Of a stretch of DNA of 64,000 bases, positions 16,714 to 28,503 are shown one piece after another. Where the stretch lies: positions 119,226,001 to 119,290,000 of the forward strand of contig OZ024743.1 of assembly GCA_964016885.1 (NCBI GenBank), written 5' to 3'. Position 1 is the stretch's first letter; every line of letters starts with the position of its first letter. Both the position numbers and the translations under genes were made by a program. The notes under the pieces are model-generated. The model had not been told where the DNA came from and searched no databases. It saw nothing but the letters and a program-made list of their open reading frames with translations. Source of the DNA: Eledone cirrhosa (taxonomy: Eukaryota).

Positions 16714-17184
16714 GACTGGTGCACTATCTTTGCTTGAGTTCTAGCGACAACAGTCGAAGTCTCCCTTAAATTTACATTGAAAAATATATATATAAAAATA
16801 TATATATATAGCAAAAAACCCGAATATTAAAGTAAATTTCATTGATATATATATTCCATTAAACTGAAGTACGAGTAATGAAATAGGAAAGGTTAGCTAT
16901 TAGAAACCGGATACAATGAAAAATTTCAAAAGCATAATTGAAAAATAAAGTGATGTTAATTTTTTTTCTTTCCTTCTTTTTTCTTATTTTATAAAGAAGA
17001 TAGGCAATTAATTAAAATGTAGCTCTTGAGGCTACAATTAAAATTAATGAAGGGTATGTTCTAGTTGCCGTTTTAATTTTTGACATTTTTCTTTCTTTCT
17101 GTTTTAATTTCTCTTCTTTTCTCTTAATAATAACAAGAACAGCAAGGAAAGAAAAATGAATATTATTATTATTATTACTATTAC

Positions 17185-17239
<55 letters not shown>

Positions 17240-17684
17240 CTATAAAAATAACTGTCCGTTCATGGCTAATTAAGTTTAGAAATGTTAAAGCTGCTTATGA
17301 ATATTTCCTTGTGAAAGTAGTGGCGGGTGTGTAGACTTTGTTAGCCTAGGCTAGACCAAGTTAGTTTAAATTAGGTTTGAGTTTGACCGAGGGTGCCATC
17401 TGTGTTGCAGCTTAATGATGTTTTTAATCTCAATGACAAATACTTGAGTTTAAATTGGCAGGGGTTTCGAGTGCAATACACGGCTGTATGTGTGTAACGA
17501 TGTCACGCTGTGAACAAGAGAGGAAAAAAGATGAATGCAATGCAACTGAAATACAAGTGTGTTCTAACATAAATACAGACATGAGTTTATCGAGTGCACG
17601 GTATGCCATATTTGGAACTGAGCATGTCTATTTGCAGTTATGAAAATATATTCTCCTGTGGCTGGTTTTCCTAAAGAATAAACA

Positions 17685-17744
<60 letters not shown>

Positions 17745-19249
17745 TGTCTGTCTGTGTGTGTGTGTGTGTGTATATATCAATATTCATGTGTGTGTGTATG
17801 TGTGTATTTGTGTGTGTTTATTCATATATATTTATGTATGCGTTTATGTGTGTTAGTTGAGAATTGACATAAACATTATCTGCTTATTTTATTAATAATG
17901 CATTGTTGCGTTGACAAAATGCAACACATTTTTTACGGAAACCAATAATCGATTATGTCTTGCTGGATATTTTGTTTTATTATCCCTGGAAAAGCCAAAT
18001 AAACCTCATGCAATATAAAGGCATAGTTTGAACCAGTATGCTCCTATATATATATATATACACACATCTATTTAAACCATAAAAATAATGACATACCTAG
18101 TTACCCCCAAAGTAGTTTATTTGTCCATGGCAAATATGTTTTTCTTTTTGAAAGAGAATAGAGAAGAGAGAGAAGAACAATGTTTCCGAAGTTATGTCGA
18201 CATATCTTTTCATTCAGTAAATCTGAGATAACATTTTATAAATATTTTTTTTAATTGAACATCAAATATCCATTAGATCAGATGTGTAAGAATAATCATG
18301 TGTGGTCAAAAGAGTTAAACAATGTTTATTTTTCATTTGCAAAACTAAAATTTAATATTCTGACTTCGGACAAATTCGAGACAGACCTATAATTTCGTGG
18401 TACCGTTCTGAGAGCAAACTCCCCTCCATTAGTAACCTCCCTATTCAAAGCCCAAAACAAAACAAAATTGAGTTATCCGCTGCACGCGAGATGAACTGTA
18501 AAAAAGAAAATCAAAATACAAAAGCAAATTATCTGTTGAATTAACTTTAAAAAAAAATGTAAACCTAGACATTACTTATCGATTCGTTGAATGCACATTT
18601 ACTATATGAGAAATGTAAGACGTAGAAGGCGATGCGGACACAAAACGAGATGTAACTTGTCCATATTGTCACACTTCTATGCACAACAAGTAATCAATCA
18701 TGAGCTGACAGAATGCTCAGTGTGTTTTCAAACCAGCAAAAAGCAGGGTCGTATTCGATATGCTTAATCTTCAAGTTGGTTTTCATGTTTATAGACGATC
18801 AGATCGGCAAGATCAAGGCTAACAGGGAGTTGTAGAACACAAACATCATACATATACATACGAGTAAAAGCATAATTGCAATAACAACAACAATGGAAAA
18901 AATGAACACAGGAGAAATATTAATAAATTGTATATTGCTTTTGACTGACACCTAAAATCAACCAAGTAATATGTAATGAAATAATGAATATAAGGATTTT
19001 AAATAAGGAAGCTAATAGCTGTATAGTTGCCATTTGCTATAACTAAAAGCTCTGTAGAAGTTGTGGACACATATGAAACATTATATCATCTCTTATTTTC
19101 AATAACTATGAATGGCATCCTGAACTGAAATATTGAACATGCTTCAGTTTGAAAACATTGCATATACTACGAGTGAGTGGCAGAGAAATAGAAATAGAGA
19201 TAGCGATAGATAGACAGATAGATAAATAAATAAATAGATAGATAGATAG

Positions 19250-19306
<57 letters not shown>

Positions 19307-19312
19307 TTCCGG

Positions 19313-19514
19313 TAATAATTGTTTCTACTTTTGGCACAAGGCCAGCAATTATTCCAGTGTATTCCAGTGTATTACTGGTTCTTTTATTTTATAGACCCCG
19401 TAAGGATGAAAGGTAAAGTTAACCTAGGCGGGATTTGAACTCAGATCATAAAGGGCCGTAACTCTTTGCTGCAAATCATTGCGTCCGACCCTCTACCGCT
19501 ATTGCCAATCCACC
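19313..19514 (-). mobile_element. tRNA-derived SINE
   Basis: Full-length copy of the major family with A/B boxes, central domain and tail. Confidence 0.88.
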
Positions 19515-20468
19515 ATAATAATGACACTCTCCCACATATATATTCAGACCTTTGTGAATTAAAAAGCCTATACATACATACGCAAGTAAATATATAGGAG
19601 GGGCGTGTGGTAAATACATACATACATACATACGTACAATATCTATGTATGTGCGATTGCGTGTTGTAAACAAACGTTACGAATGACTAGGTTGTTGACC
19701 TGTTGATCAAGAACTGCACATTTTTCTGAACTGTCAGCTACAGTGCAGTACAGTACACGGTACACACAATTTAATGTACATAACTTTAAATAGTTACCTA
19801 TTTGAAGCATGAGTATTGTTGGTTAAACATTATAATTATAATTAAATGTGTTGTTTAGTTTTTTTGTTTAGAATTTCGTCGGCTTTGACAAAGCAGGCCC
19901 ATGTTATCTATGCATTTTTTATCTCATGTTATTTAGCTGCTTTAGGCATTCAATTTGTCGATGAGGTTATATTTGAGGGAAATTGTCCTGCAATTTTCTG
20001 TATGGGGATTAATCACGGAGCATGTCACATGTTGGCTCGTTACTCTGGTCTTTATTAGTTTACAGTGTTGAGTTCAAATTCTACCACGGCTCCGAGAGAG
20101 AATGTGTTCTTTTTTTATACATTAACATAAACAGTAAAATCTCCATTGACAGTCTGATATCCCAGATATTTTAAGAATTAAACGTGAGTTCAGAAATACC
20201 TCGTTCTCTTTTGTATTATTCCATTTAATATGGTCCGTCTACAGAGTGTGTATTTGTGTTTTCTTTGCAGTAACATGGGGTGTTATATATAGATTCAATT
20301 GGTGTTCCATTTAACGTGTTGTTAGAGTGCTATTGTAGAGCGGTGTTTGTCTACATTGCCTTTCAGATATTGGAAGTGAATAAAATGGGCCGAAAATAGT
20401 TGGCAGTGGTTGCCCTCCTCGATAATGGGACACACTATGGCGTGTTTTCTGAGATCAATATATAGATC

Positions 20469-20537
<69 letters not shown>

Positions 20538-21387
20538 AGAGAGATAGAAGAAGGGAGGTAACAGAGAGAGGAGAGAGGCAGAAGCGCATTGTATGATGGT
20601 AACTTCAAGGAACACTTTCAAGATCGGTGACCTCGCTGGTTCGGAGTAATCGCAAATTCTTTTACACACATGTTTGTGTGCATGGTGGTGTGTATGCTGG
20701 TGTGTATGGTAAAGTGGAAACAATTAATTTTTGAGAACATTCACGTAACGTGTGCTATGGATATGAACTGGGCAGCAAATATGATTTCCTCCACAGAACC
20801 AACACAGTAGCTAGAACAAATTTATGATCAAAATTATTGTTTTTTCAGTTAGATATTCATATGTGTTTTTCGTTTTAAGAGATTGTTGTGTGATTTGAAG
20901 GGCGCTATTAGTAAAAGACCAAGCACCCAGGTAAATTAGTGCGAGCGTACATGTGTCTGTACATGTGTGTGATTTGTATGAGGTGTGATTATGTAATGGA
21001 TACAGACACGGTCGAGTTGTTAAGATATTTGATTTGCAATCGTAAACTTTCCGTTTGACCCAATTGTAGCTTCTTAGGAAATTGTCTAATACGAAATCAC
21101 CCGCTTGATCCAAGCACAGAAAGGAAAATTGGATTGATGAAAATGGTTTGGAAACAGTCGGAAGAATTGTACCTGTAACACTGTGTCAGGCTAAATTAGC
21201 CTGACAGCATGATAAGACAGATCCTGTTACTTAAAAGGGTACACATATTTATGAAATACTCAGATAAATACACATTAATTTAATGTTCCGTTAGTTCAGT
21301 TGTTAAAAAAAACTGGAATACTCTCCATCGAAACTGATGGATATCCGCTCATTTACGATGTTATATGCGGATGGTATGCGGTATGAG

Positions 21388-21478
<91 letters not shown>

Positions 21479-21767
21479 ATATACTGATGGACAATATATG
21501 TTTTCAAGTTTCAAGCCATGTCATGATGACAATCAGAGAGTTTCTTTCCCCACATTAGTTGTCTCTATCCTGTATATCAAACATCTGTCGTTCGCTATCC
21601 ATATTCAGGTCAACGGACACTGTACCCAGCCCCTCTATATACCATGATGGTAGTAAGCCCCAATTACTTTTAATATTTCATCTTCTAAATGGAACCAACA
21701 TTTATTTATATTTACCTGTTCTTATTTTTGAATCATTATTATCTTTTGGATAATAATGATTCAAAAG

Positions 21768-21958
21768 GGCGGTGGATTCGCAGTATCGGTAGAGGGTCGG
21801 ACGCCATGTTTTCCAGCATAGTTACGTCCCTTTACGATCTGAGTTCAAATCCCGCCGAGGTTGACTTTGCCTTTCATCCTTACGGGGTCGATAAAATAAA
21901 GTACCAGTAATGCACTGGATAATTGCTGGCCTTGTGCCTAAAGTAGAAACAATTATTA
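21768..21958 (+). mobile_element. tRNA-derived SINE
   Basis: GGGCGGTGGATTCGCAGTATCGGTAGAG ... GAGTTCAAATCCC ... AGAAACAATTATTAT. Confidence 0.9.
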
Positions 21959-22138
21959 TCTTTTAAAAATCATTTAAATGTCTCAAGGCACTATTTTGGC
22001 TGTGTAGTTATGCCATTCGTTTTGCTAACGCATAGTTCCAGGTTCAATTCCTCTCTACAATAGTTTGTGCAAGTGTCTAATATAGTCTCAGTTTGACCAA
22101 AGCTTTGGTATGACTGAAATTTGGTATACGTAAAATAT

Positions 22139-22316
22139 ATAATTGTTTCTACTTTAGGCACAAGGCCAGCAATTACCCAGTGTATTACTGGTACTTTATT
22201 TTATCGACCCTGTATGGATGAAAGGCAAAGTCAACCTCGGCGGGATTTGAACTCAGATCGTAAAGGGACGTAACTATGCTGGAAAGCATGGCGTCCGACT
22301 CTCTACCGATACTGCC
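22139..22316 (-). mobile_element. tRNA-derived SINE
   Basis: Near full-length copy, inverted relative to 21768-21958 and about 180 bp away. Confidence 0.88.
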
Positions 22317-22769
22317 ATAATAGGCTGCCAGAGGGATCGTTCCGGATTTGGGGTAGTAAACATTTTTATTACTTAACACTAATCAGCTGCAAGCATTCGG
22401 ACCCGGTTTCCAGTCTAAAGAGAGCTTCTCTTATTCACATCAGTTAACCCTAACTTGTAAATTTACGGACGAACGTGTACATATGCGTTCGTATATATAT
22501 TAACACATACATACACACAGATACATGCACACACACGCGCACGTACGCACACATATTAAGAAGTTATTCAACCAGACACTAAATCAGAAGAGGCCGAGAA
22601 GAGGGATTGAACCCAAATGATGTGGTTATGAAGAAAAACCCTTAATCACCCAGGCAAACACCCCTACACTAATACACACCCTTATGCACATATCTTTGAA
22701 TTGATATATAGTGAAATAGATAGATAGGTAAATAAATAGATAGATAGATAGTTAGATAGATAGAGAGAT

Positions 22770-22858
<89 letters not shown>

Positions 22859-22861
22859 TAT

Positions 22862-23823
22862 CTTTCTTTATTTGCCACAGGGGCGTACAAAAATGGGACA
22901 TTACAGACGTGACGGCGGGGGTTTTACATAAAAATAACATTAATAAATAACAATAAACTATATATAATAAAATAACAATTGAAATCCCCCATAGGGGGTA
23001 ACGTTACTGCGGGGTTATTTTACACCCCGTGGATAGAACAACCCTCAACACCAGGAACACGTTTTGTAGATGTTTCTGTCTTCCCTCTGTTTATCTTCTT
23101 CAACCTACAGGTTTATTTACGGAGACGGCCCATTCATTCGGGCCATTTTCGCCACATTCACGAACCTTTCAGCCAATTTACTGGGATGTAGCACCTCTCT
23201 TTCCACTCTCACCTTCCTCCTGAGGTGATACTTAAAGAGGGGGATAAGTTGTTGTCCGGAGAGAAAGTTGTTTGCCCTCAGTCCTTTTAACCTCGTCCAC
23301 CATATTACCTCTTTCGCCATAGCAACCAGACAGGGGAAAACCGTCTCTCCTTCGTTCTTAAATGAAGGCGGCGGGGTGATCCACACGATGGACTCGGCTG
23401 ACAACTGGATGCGTCCCACACGTGACAGCAGCTGTTCGACATAATTCCACAGGTCGGTCACCCCTGGGCACTGAACAATTGCATGCAGAACGGTTTCGAT
23501 GTCCTGCTCGCATCTTGGACAGGTCCTTTTGGCAGGATCTCTGCCGGGGCGTCCGTGCCTGTAGATTTTGTCTCGAACTGGTAGAGCTCCTCGGTAGTAC
23601 TGCCAGGCCAGAGACCTCTGAAAGTTATCCATAGGCCCTGGACGGAAAGTCCTCCCGAACAGACTGGTCAGTTTGTCCTCCTCGATGCCTAGAGTTTCCC
23701 CGAGAACGTCGTCGCACTTATCCTCCACTAATCCCCTATAGAATGTCGTCGAAGTGGAGTCTCCGCTGATTGCCGTTTCCGCTTGGTAGAGGGCTGTGAG
23801 CGCCTGTAGGCACTCGAGGTACC
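22862..23823 (-). mobile_element. 5'-truncated L1/Tx1-like LINE (C-terminal zinc-binding region plus 3' UTR)
   Basis: ORF 23117-23728 contains LAW..YRGALPV and CPRCEQDIETVLHAIVQC (CCHC, zf-RVT-like). The 3' UTR ends CCCCTGTGGCAAATAAAGAAAG next to a microsatellite. A similar tail fragment lies at ~58840-58920 (+). Confidence 0.8.
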
Positions 23824-25159
23824 ATAGATAGATAGATAGTTAGATAGATGAGTGTTTTGGTAATAGAGGTAAGATGCATTCACATTTCTAATATCTAATT
23901 AGAATTTGCTTTGCTCTGACTTGACACAAGGAAATGATACGGCATTGCGGTTGTGCGGGTTGGGTAGTTTTGACATAAGTGAGGCGGAGCAGGTCATGGC
24001 AAGATGTTGTCCCAGTGAAGTGGTGTAGTGGGGTTTAATGTGGTTTGATGCGGTGTGATGCGCTGTTAAGTGTGTGTATGAGGAAAAATTAGTCCCAAAA
24101 TGATTGATGAATATGTCTATTACTCTCAAAGGAAAAAAGAAGACATCATTTCGTATTCAAATTGGCATGTCAATGTAATAGGTCAGAGACACCAATAATA
24201 TAGTAATAACAATGAAGCTGGTTCAATACCAGTACTGGACAGTGATACTATTATTTAACAAGGGTTAGTATTATTATTGTTATTTATATGTTGGTGTTGT
24301 TTGTATATTTATTTATTTATCCCATTTTTATTGGTTTATTTGTTTATCTTTATTTTGTTGTCTTTATTTGCTTTGGCATATTTTGTCTGTGGTTGTATGT
24401 GTGCGAATGTACCTACGTTTATTTAACTGTATCTTTGCGTGTATCTGTATATATGTGGCATTTGTAGGTGTATGTGATTGTCTCTGCGTGCGTAAATGTG
24501 CCAGTATGTGTATTTGTATATGCACGTGGATACGTGTAAGTATGCGTAAGTTTGAGTGACCGTATTTTTGTATGTATCAGTGTGTGTGTGTGTGTGGGGG
24601 GGTGTAAGTGTGTATATTTATGTGTAGGTCTGTTTATATCCGTGTATATGCACGCTTAAGTCTGCATACTGTGCGGGCATTTGTGTATGTTTCTGTGTGT
24701 TACGTAAGTATGTATGTGTGTGTGTCTGTGTGTGTGGAGTCGAGATGCTATGGGAAACTTCATTGGGGTCAGAGAAGTTGTATCTTGATTTTTGAATTGG
24801 AAAGCTATGACAATTTTACTGCTTTTGATAGACAGCAGTTGTAGATGAGGCAATCGGTGCGGGTGGCCATCACAATACCCTCATCATTTTATACTTCAAG
24901 CAATCGTTTACTGTTTTCACTAAAACAGATTGGTATTCAATCGTTGCTGTTCTTACTTGGGCTGTTGCTGTTGTTATTGATGCTAATACTGTCTTTGTTG
25001 CCACCGTTTCGCTGCTGTTCAGCTAGTTATTTATTTCAATGTTGCTTGTGATATCCACTATATGAGATTACCATCTGTATTATAGTTACTTGGCTTCTGC
25101 AATCACCTCTCTCTCTCTCACTCTCTCTCTCTCTCTCCCCTCTTCACACACACACACCC

Positions 25160-25198
<39 letters not shown>

Positions 25199-25202
<4 letters not shown>

Positions 25203-25514
25203 GATATTAACAAATGGAAACTATATTTATAAAACCATATTTATTTCGTTATACATATTTCAAGGACACCAAGTTAAATTATGGTGTGCTTTCATCAGAT
25301 AAAATATAATATAGTGCAGTTTTATAAATAAATATTGACATACCCTTAAAGAATGCAACCATTACTTGAAATATGTATAATGAAATAAATATGGTTTTAT
25401 AAATATAGTTTCCATTTGTTAATATCGTATTTTTACTCCAATTATTTGTTGAGTGCTTTATATCAGTTATAAAAATATTTGCTTGTTGTATCCCAACAAT
25501 TTAAATAGAACTTT

Positions 25515-25517
<3 letters not shown>
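25199..25517 (+). mobile_element. Fold-back element family D with hammerhead, in (TA)n
   Basis: Inverted arms 25199-25263 / 25366-25430 plus an ~85-bp tail. Minus strand 25243-25305 reads ATTTTAT-CTGATGA-AAGCACACCA..TGGTGTCCTT-GAAA-TATGT-ATA-ACGAAAT. Confidence 0.65.
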
Positions 25518-25557
<40 letters not shown>

Positions 25558-25599
25558 TACTATGTAGAGTACGTTTTGAAAACTCATATATATATATAT

Positions 25600-26210
25600 G
25601 AGGAATAAAAATAACCAAGATTAAATTACATTAAATTATTTAATTATTTAATTGATTTACGAACGTTTCCATCAATACAGTAAGAAATTCCATTTTTTCT
25701 TCTATACTGATTTCTTCAGAAATAAATATTTCCTCAACATCATAAATATGTTAAATTTGCTTACGTTTTAGGAATGGAGTCATTTGGACATCGTTGCTAA
25801 ATGTTATTTATGTTGTTTAATATATTCTGAGGAAATAATTGTTTCTACTTTAGGCACAAGGCCAGCAATTACCCAGTGTATTACTCGTACTTTATTTCAT
25901 CGACCCCGTAAGGATGAAAGGCAAAGTTAACCTCGGCGGGATTTGAACTCAGACCATAAAGGGCCGTAACTCTTTGCTGCAAAGCATGGCGTCCGACCCT
26001 CTACCGATACTGCCAATCCACCACCAATTCTGAGGAAATAATTTAATGTAATTTAATCTTGGTTATTTTATTCCTTTTATATATGCTCTGTGATATTGTA
26101 AAAATTACTGTGATTGGAAATTTCCCGATTGGATTAAACTCTGAACTGTATTTCACCTATTTCGCTGTGGACTATAAAATAACATTTGAACTTTGAATTA
26201 TTCTTTACCT
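25600..26210 (+). mobile_element. Fold-back element family F (hammerhead-like) interrupted by a SINE
   Basis: Inverted arms 25601-25641 / 26035-26074 plus a tail. Minus strand 25654-25723 has CTGAAGA-long hairpin-GAAAC-GTTC-GTA. Stem I is weak. Confidence 0.5.
25836..26026 (-). mobile_element. tRNA-derived SINE with target-site duplication
   Basis: Full-length. ATTCTGAGGAAATAATT is duplicated at 25824-25840 and 26027-26043. Confidence 0.92.
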
Positions 26211-26353
26211 TATATGGTTGTTTTATCAACTAGTCTAAACTATATATAACTGAAAAAAAAAACACGTGGGTGAAAACACGGTAGACACAAACACGAGGAT
26301 AAATCCCGCTCATCAGCTGTCTTCTGTGGATCACTATAATTCGAATGCATTAA

Positions 26354-26772
26354 TCCCGTCGAGGTTATATTTGCCTTTCATCCTTAGGGGTCGATAAAAT
26401 AAAGTACCAGTAATGTACTGGGTATTTGCTGGCCTTGTGCCAAAAGTAGAAACAATTATATATATATATGCTTTGACGCATAGAGTTACGGCCCTTGCCA
26501 TTCTGAGTTCAAATCCCGCCGAGGTTAACTTTGCATTTCATCCTTACGAGGTCGATAAAATAAAGTACCAGTAATGTACTGGGTAATTGGTGGCCTTGTG
26601 CCGAAAGTAGAAACAATTATATATATATGCTTTGACGCATAGAGTTACGGCCCTTGCCATTCTGAGTTCAAATCCTGCCGAGGTTAACTTTGCCTTTCAT
26701 CCTTATGGGGTCGATAAAATACAGTACCAGTAATACACTGGTAATTGCTGGCCTTGTGCCAAAAGTAGAAAC

Positions 26773-26778
<6 letters not shown>
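26354..26778 (+). mobile_element. Three tandem 5'-truncated SINEs
   Basis: Units 2 and 3 both start at ATGCTTTGACGCATAGAG after a short TA run. Confidence 0.85.
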
Positions 26779-26845
<67 letters not shown>

Positions 26846-27177
26846 AAAGCATTGTGTATAATACAAGGTATAAAAAGAAGGCTTTGTTACACATGTGTGT
26901 GGTCACACCTCTATGTGTGCGCACTTGTGTGTATGCCTTTGTTTCTGACGACAGCGGGGACATATTTTATCGACCCAGAACATTTTAAACCATGTGAACC
27001 AGCGAATAATTGTATTCATAGCATAAATTAACTACATCAAACTGCACAAACTAATTTGTCAGATAGCCTACTAATTCTGCCATCCGACTTTATGTAATCA
27101 TTAACGCACTGAGTGAACTCACGCGCATACTTTCATACATATGTATACTTAATGACTGTTATTATTTTAGTTCTACA

Positions 27178-27620
27178 GGGCGGTGGATTGGCAGTATCGG
27201 TAGAGGGTCGGGCGCCATGCTTTGCAGCAAAGAGTAACGGCCCTTTATGGTTTGAGTTCAAATCCCGCCGAGGTTAACTTTACCTTACGGGGTCGATAAA
27301 ATAAAGTACCAGTAATGCACTGTAATAATTGCTGGCCTTCTACCAAAATTAGAAATAATTATTCTAGTTCGCTAGGGCGTTGGATTGGCAGTATCGTTAG
27401 GGCGTTGGATTGGCAGAATCGTTAGAGCGTCAGACACCATGCTTTGCCGTATAGAGTTATGGCCCTTCATGATCTGAGTTCAAATCCGGCCAAGGTCACC
27501 TTTGTCTTTCATCCTTACTGGGTCGATAAAATAAAGTACCAGTAACGTACTGGGGTAGATTTAATCGACTTTCCTCCTCCCAAAAATGACTGGCCTTGTG
27601 CCTATGCTAGAAATCATTCT
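27178..27620 (+). mobile_element. Two tandem SINEs (short and long variant)
   Basis: A/B boxes, central domain and tails in both. TAGTTC recurs at the three junctions. The second copy has a locally duplicated head. Confidence 0.85.
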
Positions 27621-27808
27621 TCTAGTTCTATGCATACACACTGATATCTAGGTATTTGGACATATAGCTCATGAATGCTAGCTAGAGAAATAATAGACAA
27701 GATATCTGTCTTTTGTTTCCTAAACTTTCTACAAATATCTAGACAACTCAGGAAAATAATATACTGCATATATGTACGTACATTGATGTTTGGTCTGCCC
27801 TACATCTT

Positions 27809-27864
<56 letters not shown>

Positions 27865-27866
27865 CG

Positions 27867-27910
<44 letters not shown>

Positions 27911-28333
27911 TGTGTGTGTGTGTGTGTGCGTGCGTGCATGCGCACGTGTGTGTGTGTGCATGTGTGTATGTGTGAAGGTGTATGCGCGTGTGTGTGTGTG
28001 TGTGTGTGCGTATGTGTGTGTGTGTGTTGTTGTTGCTTCTCATCAAAATCATGATTATATTCGTGTTACTTAAAATGTTAAAGGGCAATTCCCCAACCTG
28101 TCATTGTATTCCCTTCAATCAATAGTCAAATGTAACGATTCCTGTCTTAGAGATAATTCACTTTCTACTTCCTGACAATAAATCCATAACATGTTAGTTC
28201 ATTCTCTTAATTCTTTGCATCTCATTGTTTTCTAGGTATTTCTCCTTCTCACACACATTCTAATTCTCTTTACTGTTACACTTTTATGTGTATTTTACAT
28301 TTATCTTTCGCTTTACGTGCACTCACACACACA

Positions 28334-28400
<67 letters not shown>

Positions 28401-28404
28401 GTGT

Positions 28405-28501
<97 letters not shown>

Positions 28502-28503
28502 AC

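Noticed and set aside
17560-17670. Possible minus-strand exon after a CTTTAG acceptor
   Set aside because: No clear donor, a short frame ending in a stop, and no recognisable peptide.
21768-21860. tRNA genes suggested by A/B boxes
   Set aside because: These are SINE heads: the A-B spacing is extended, I could not form a cloverleaf, and they are always fused to the SINE body.
26255-26325. Minus-strand CTGATGA followed by a GCGGG/CTCGT hairpin
   Set aside because: It is followed by GTTT rather than GAAA. At most a truncated relic.
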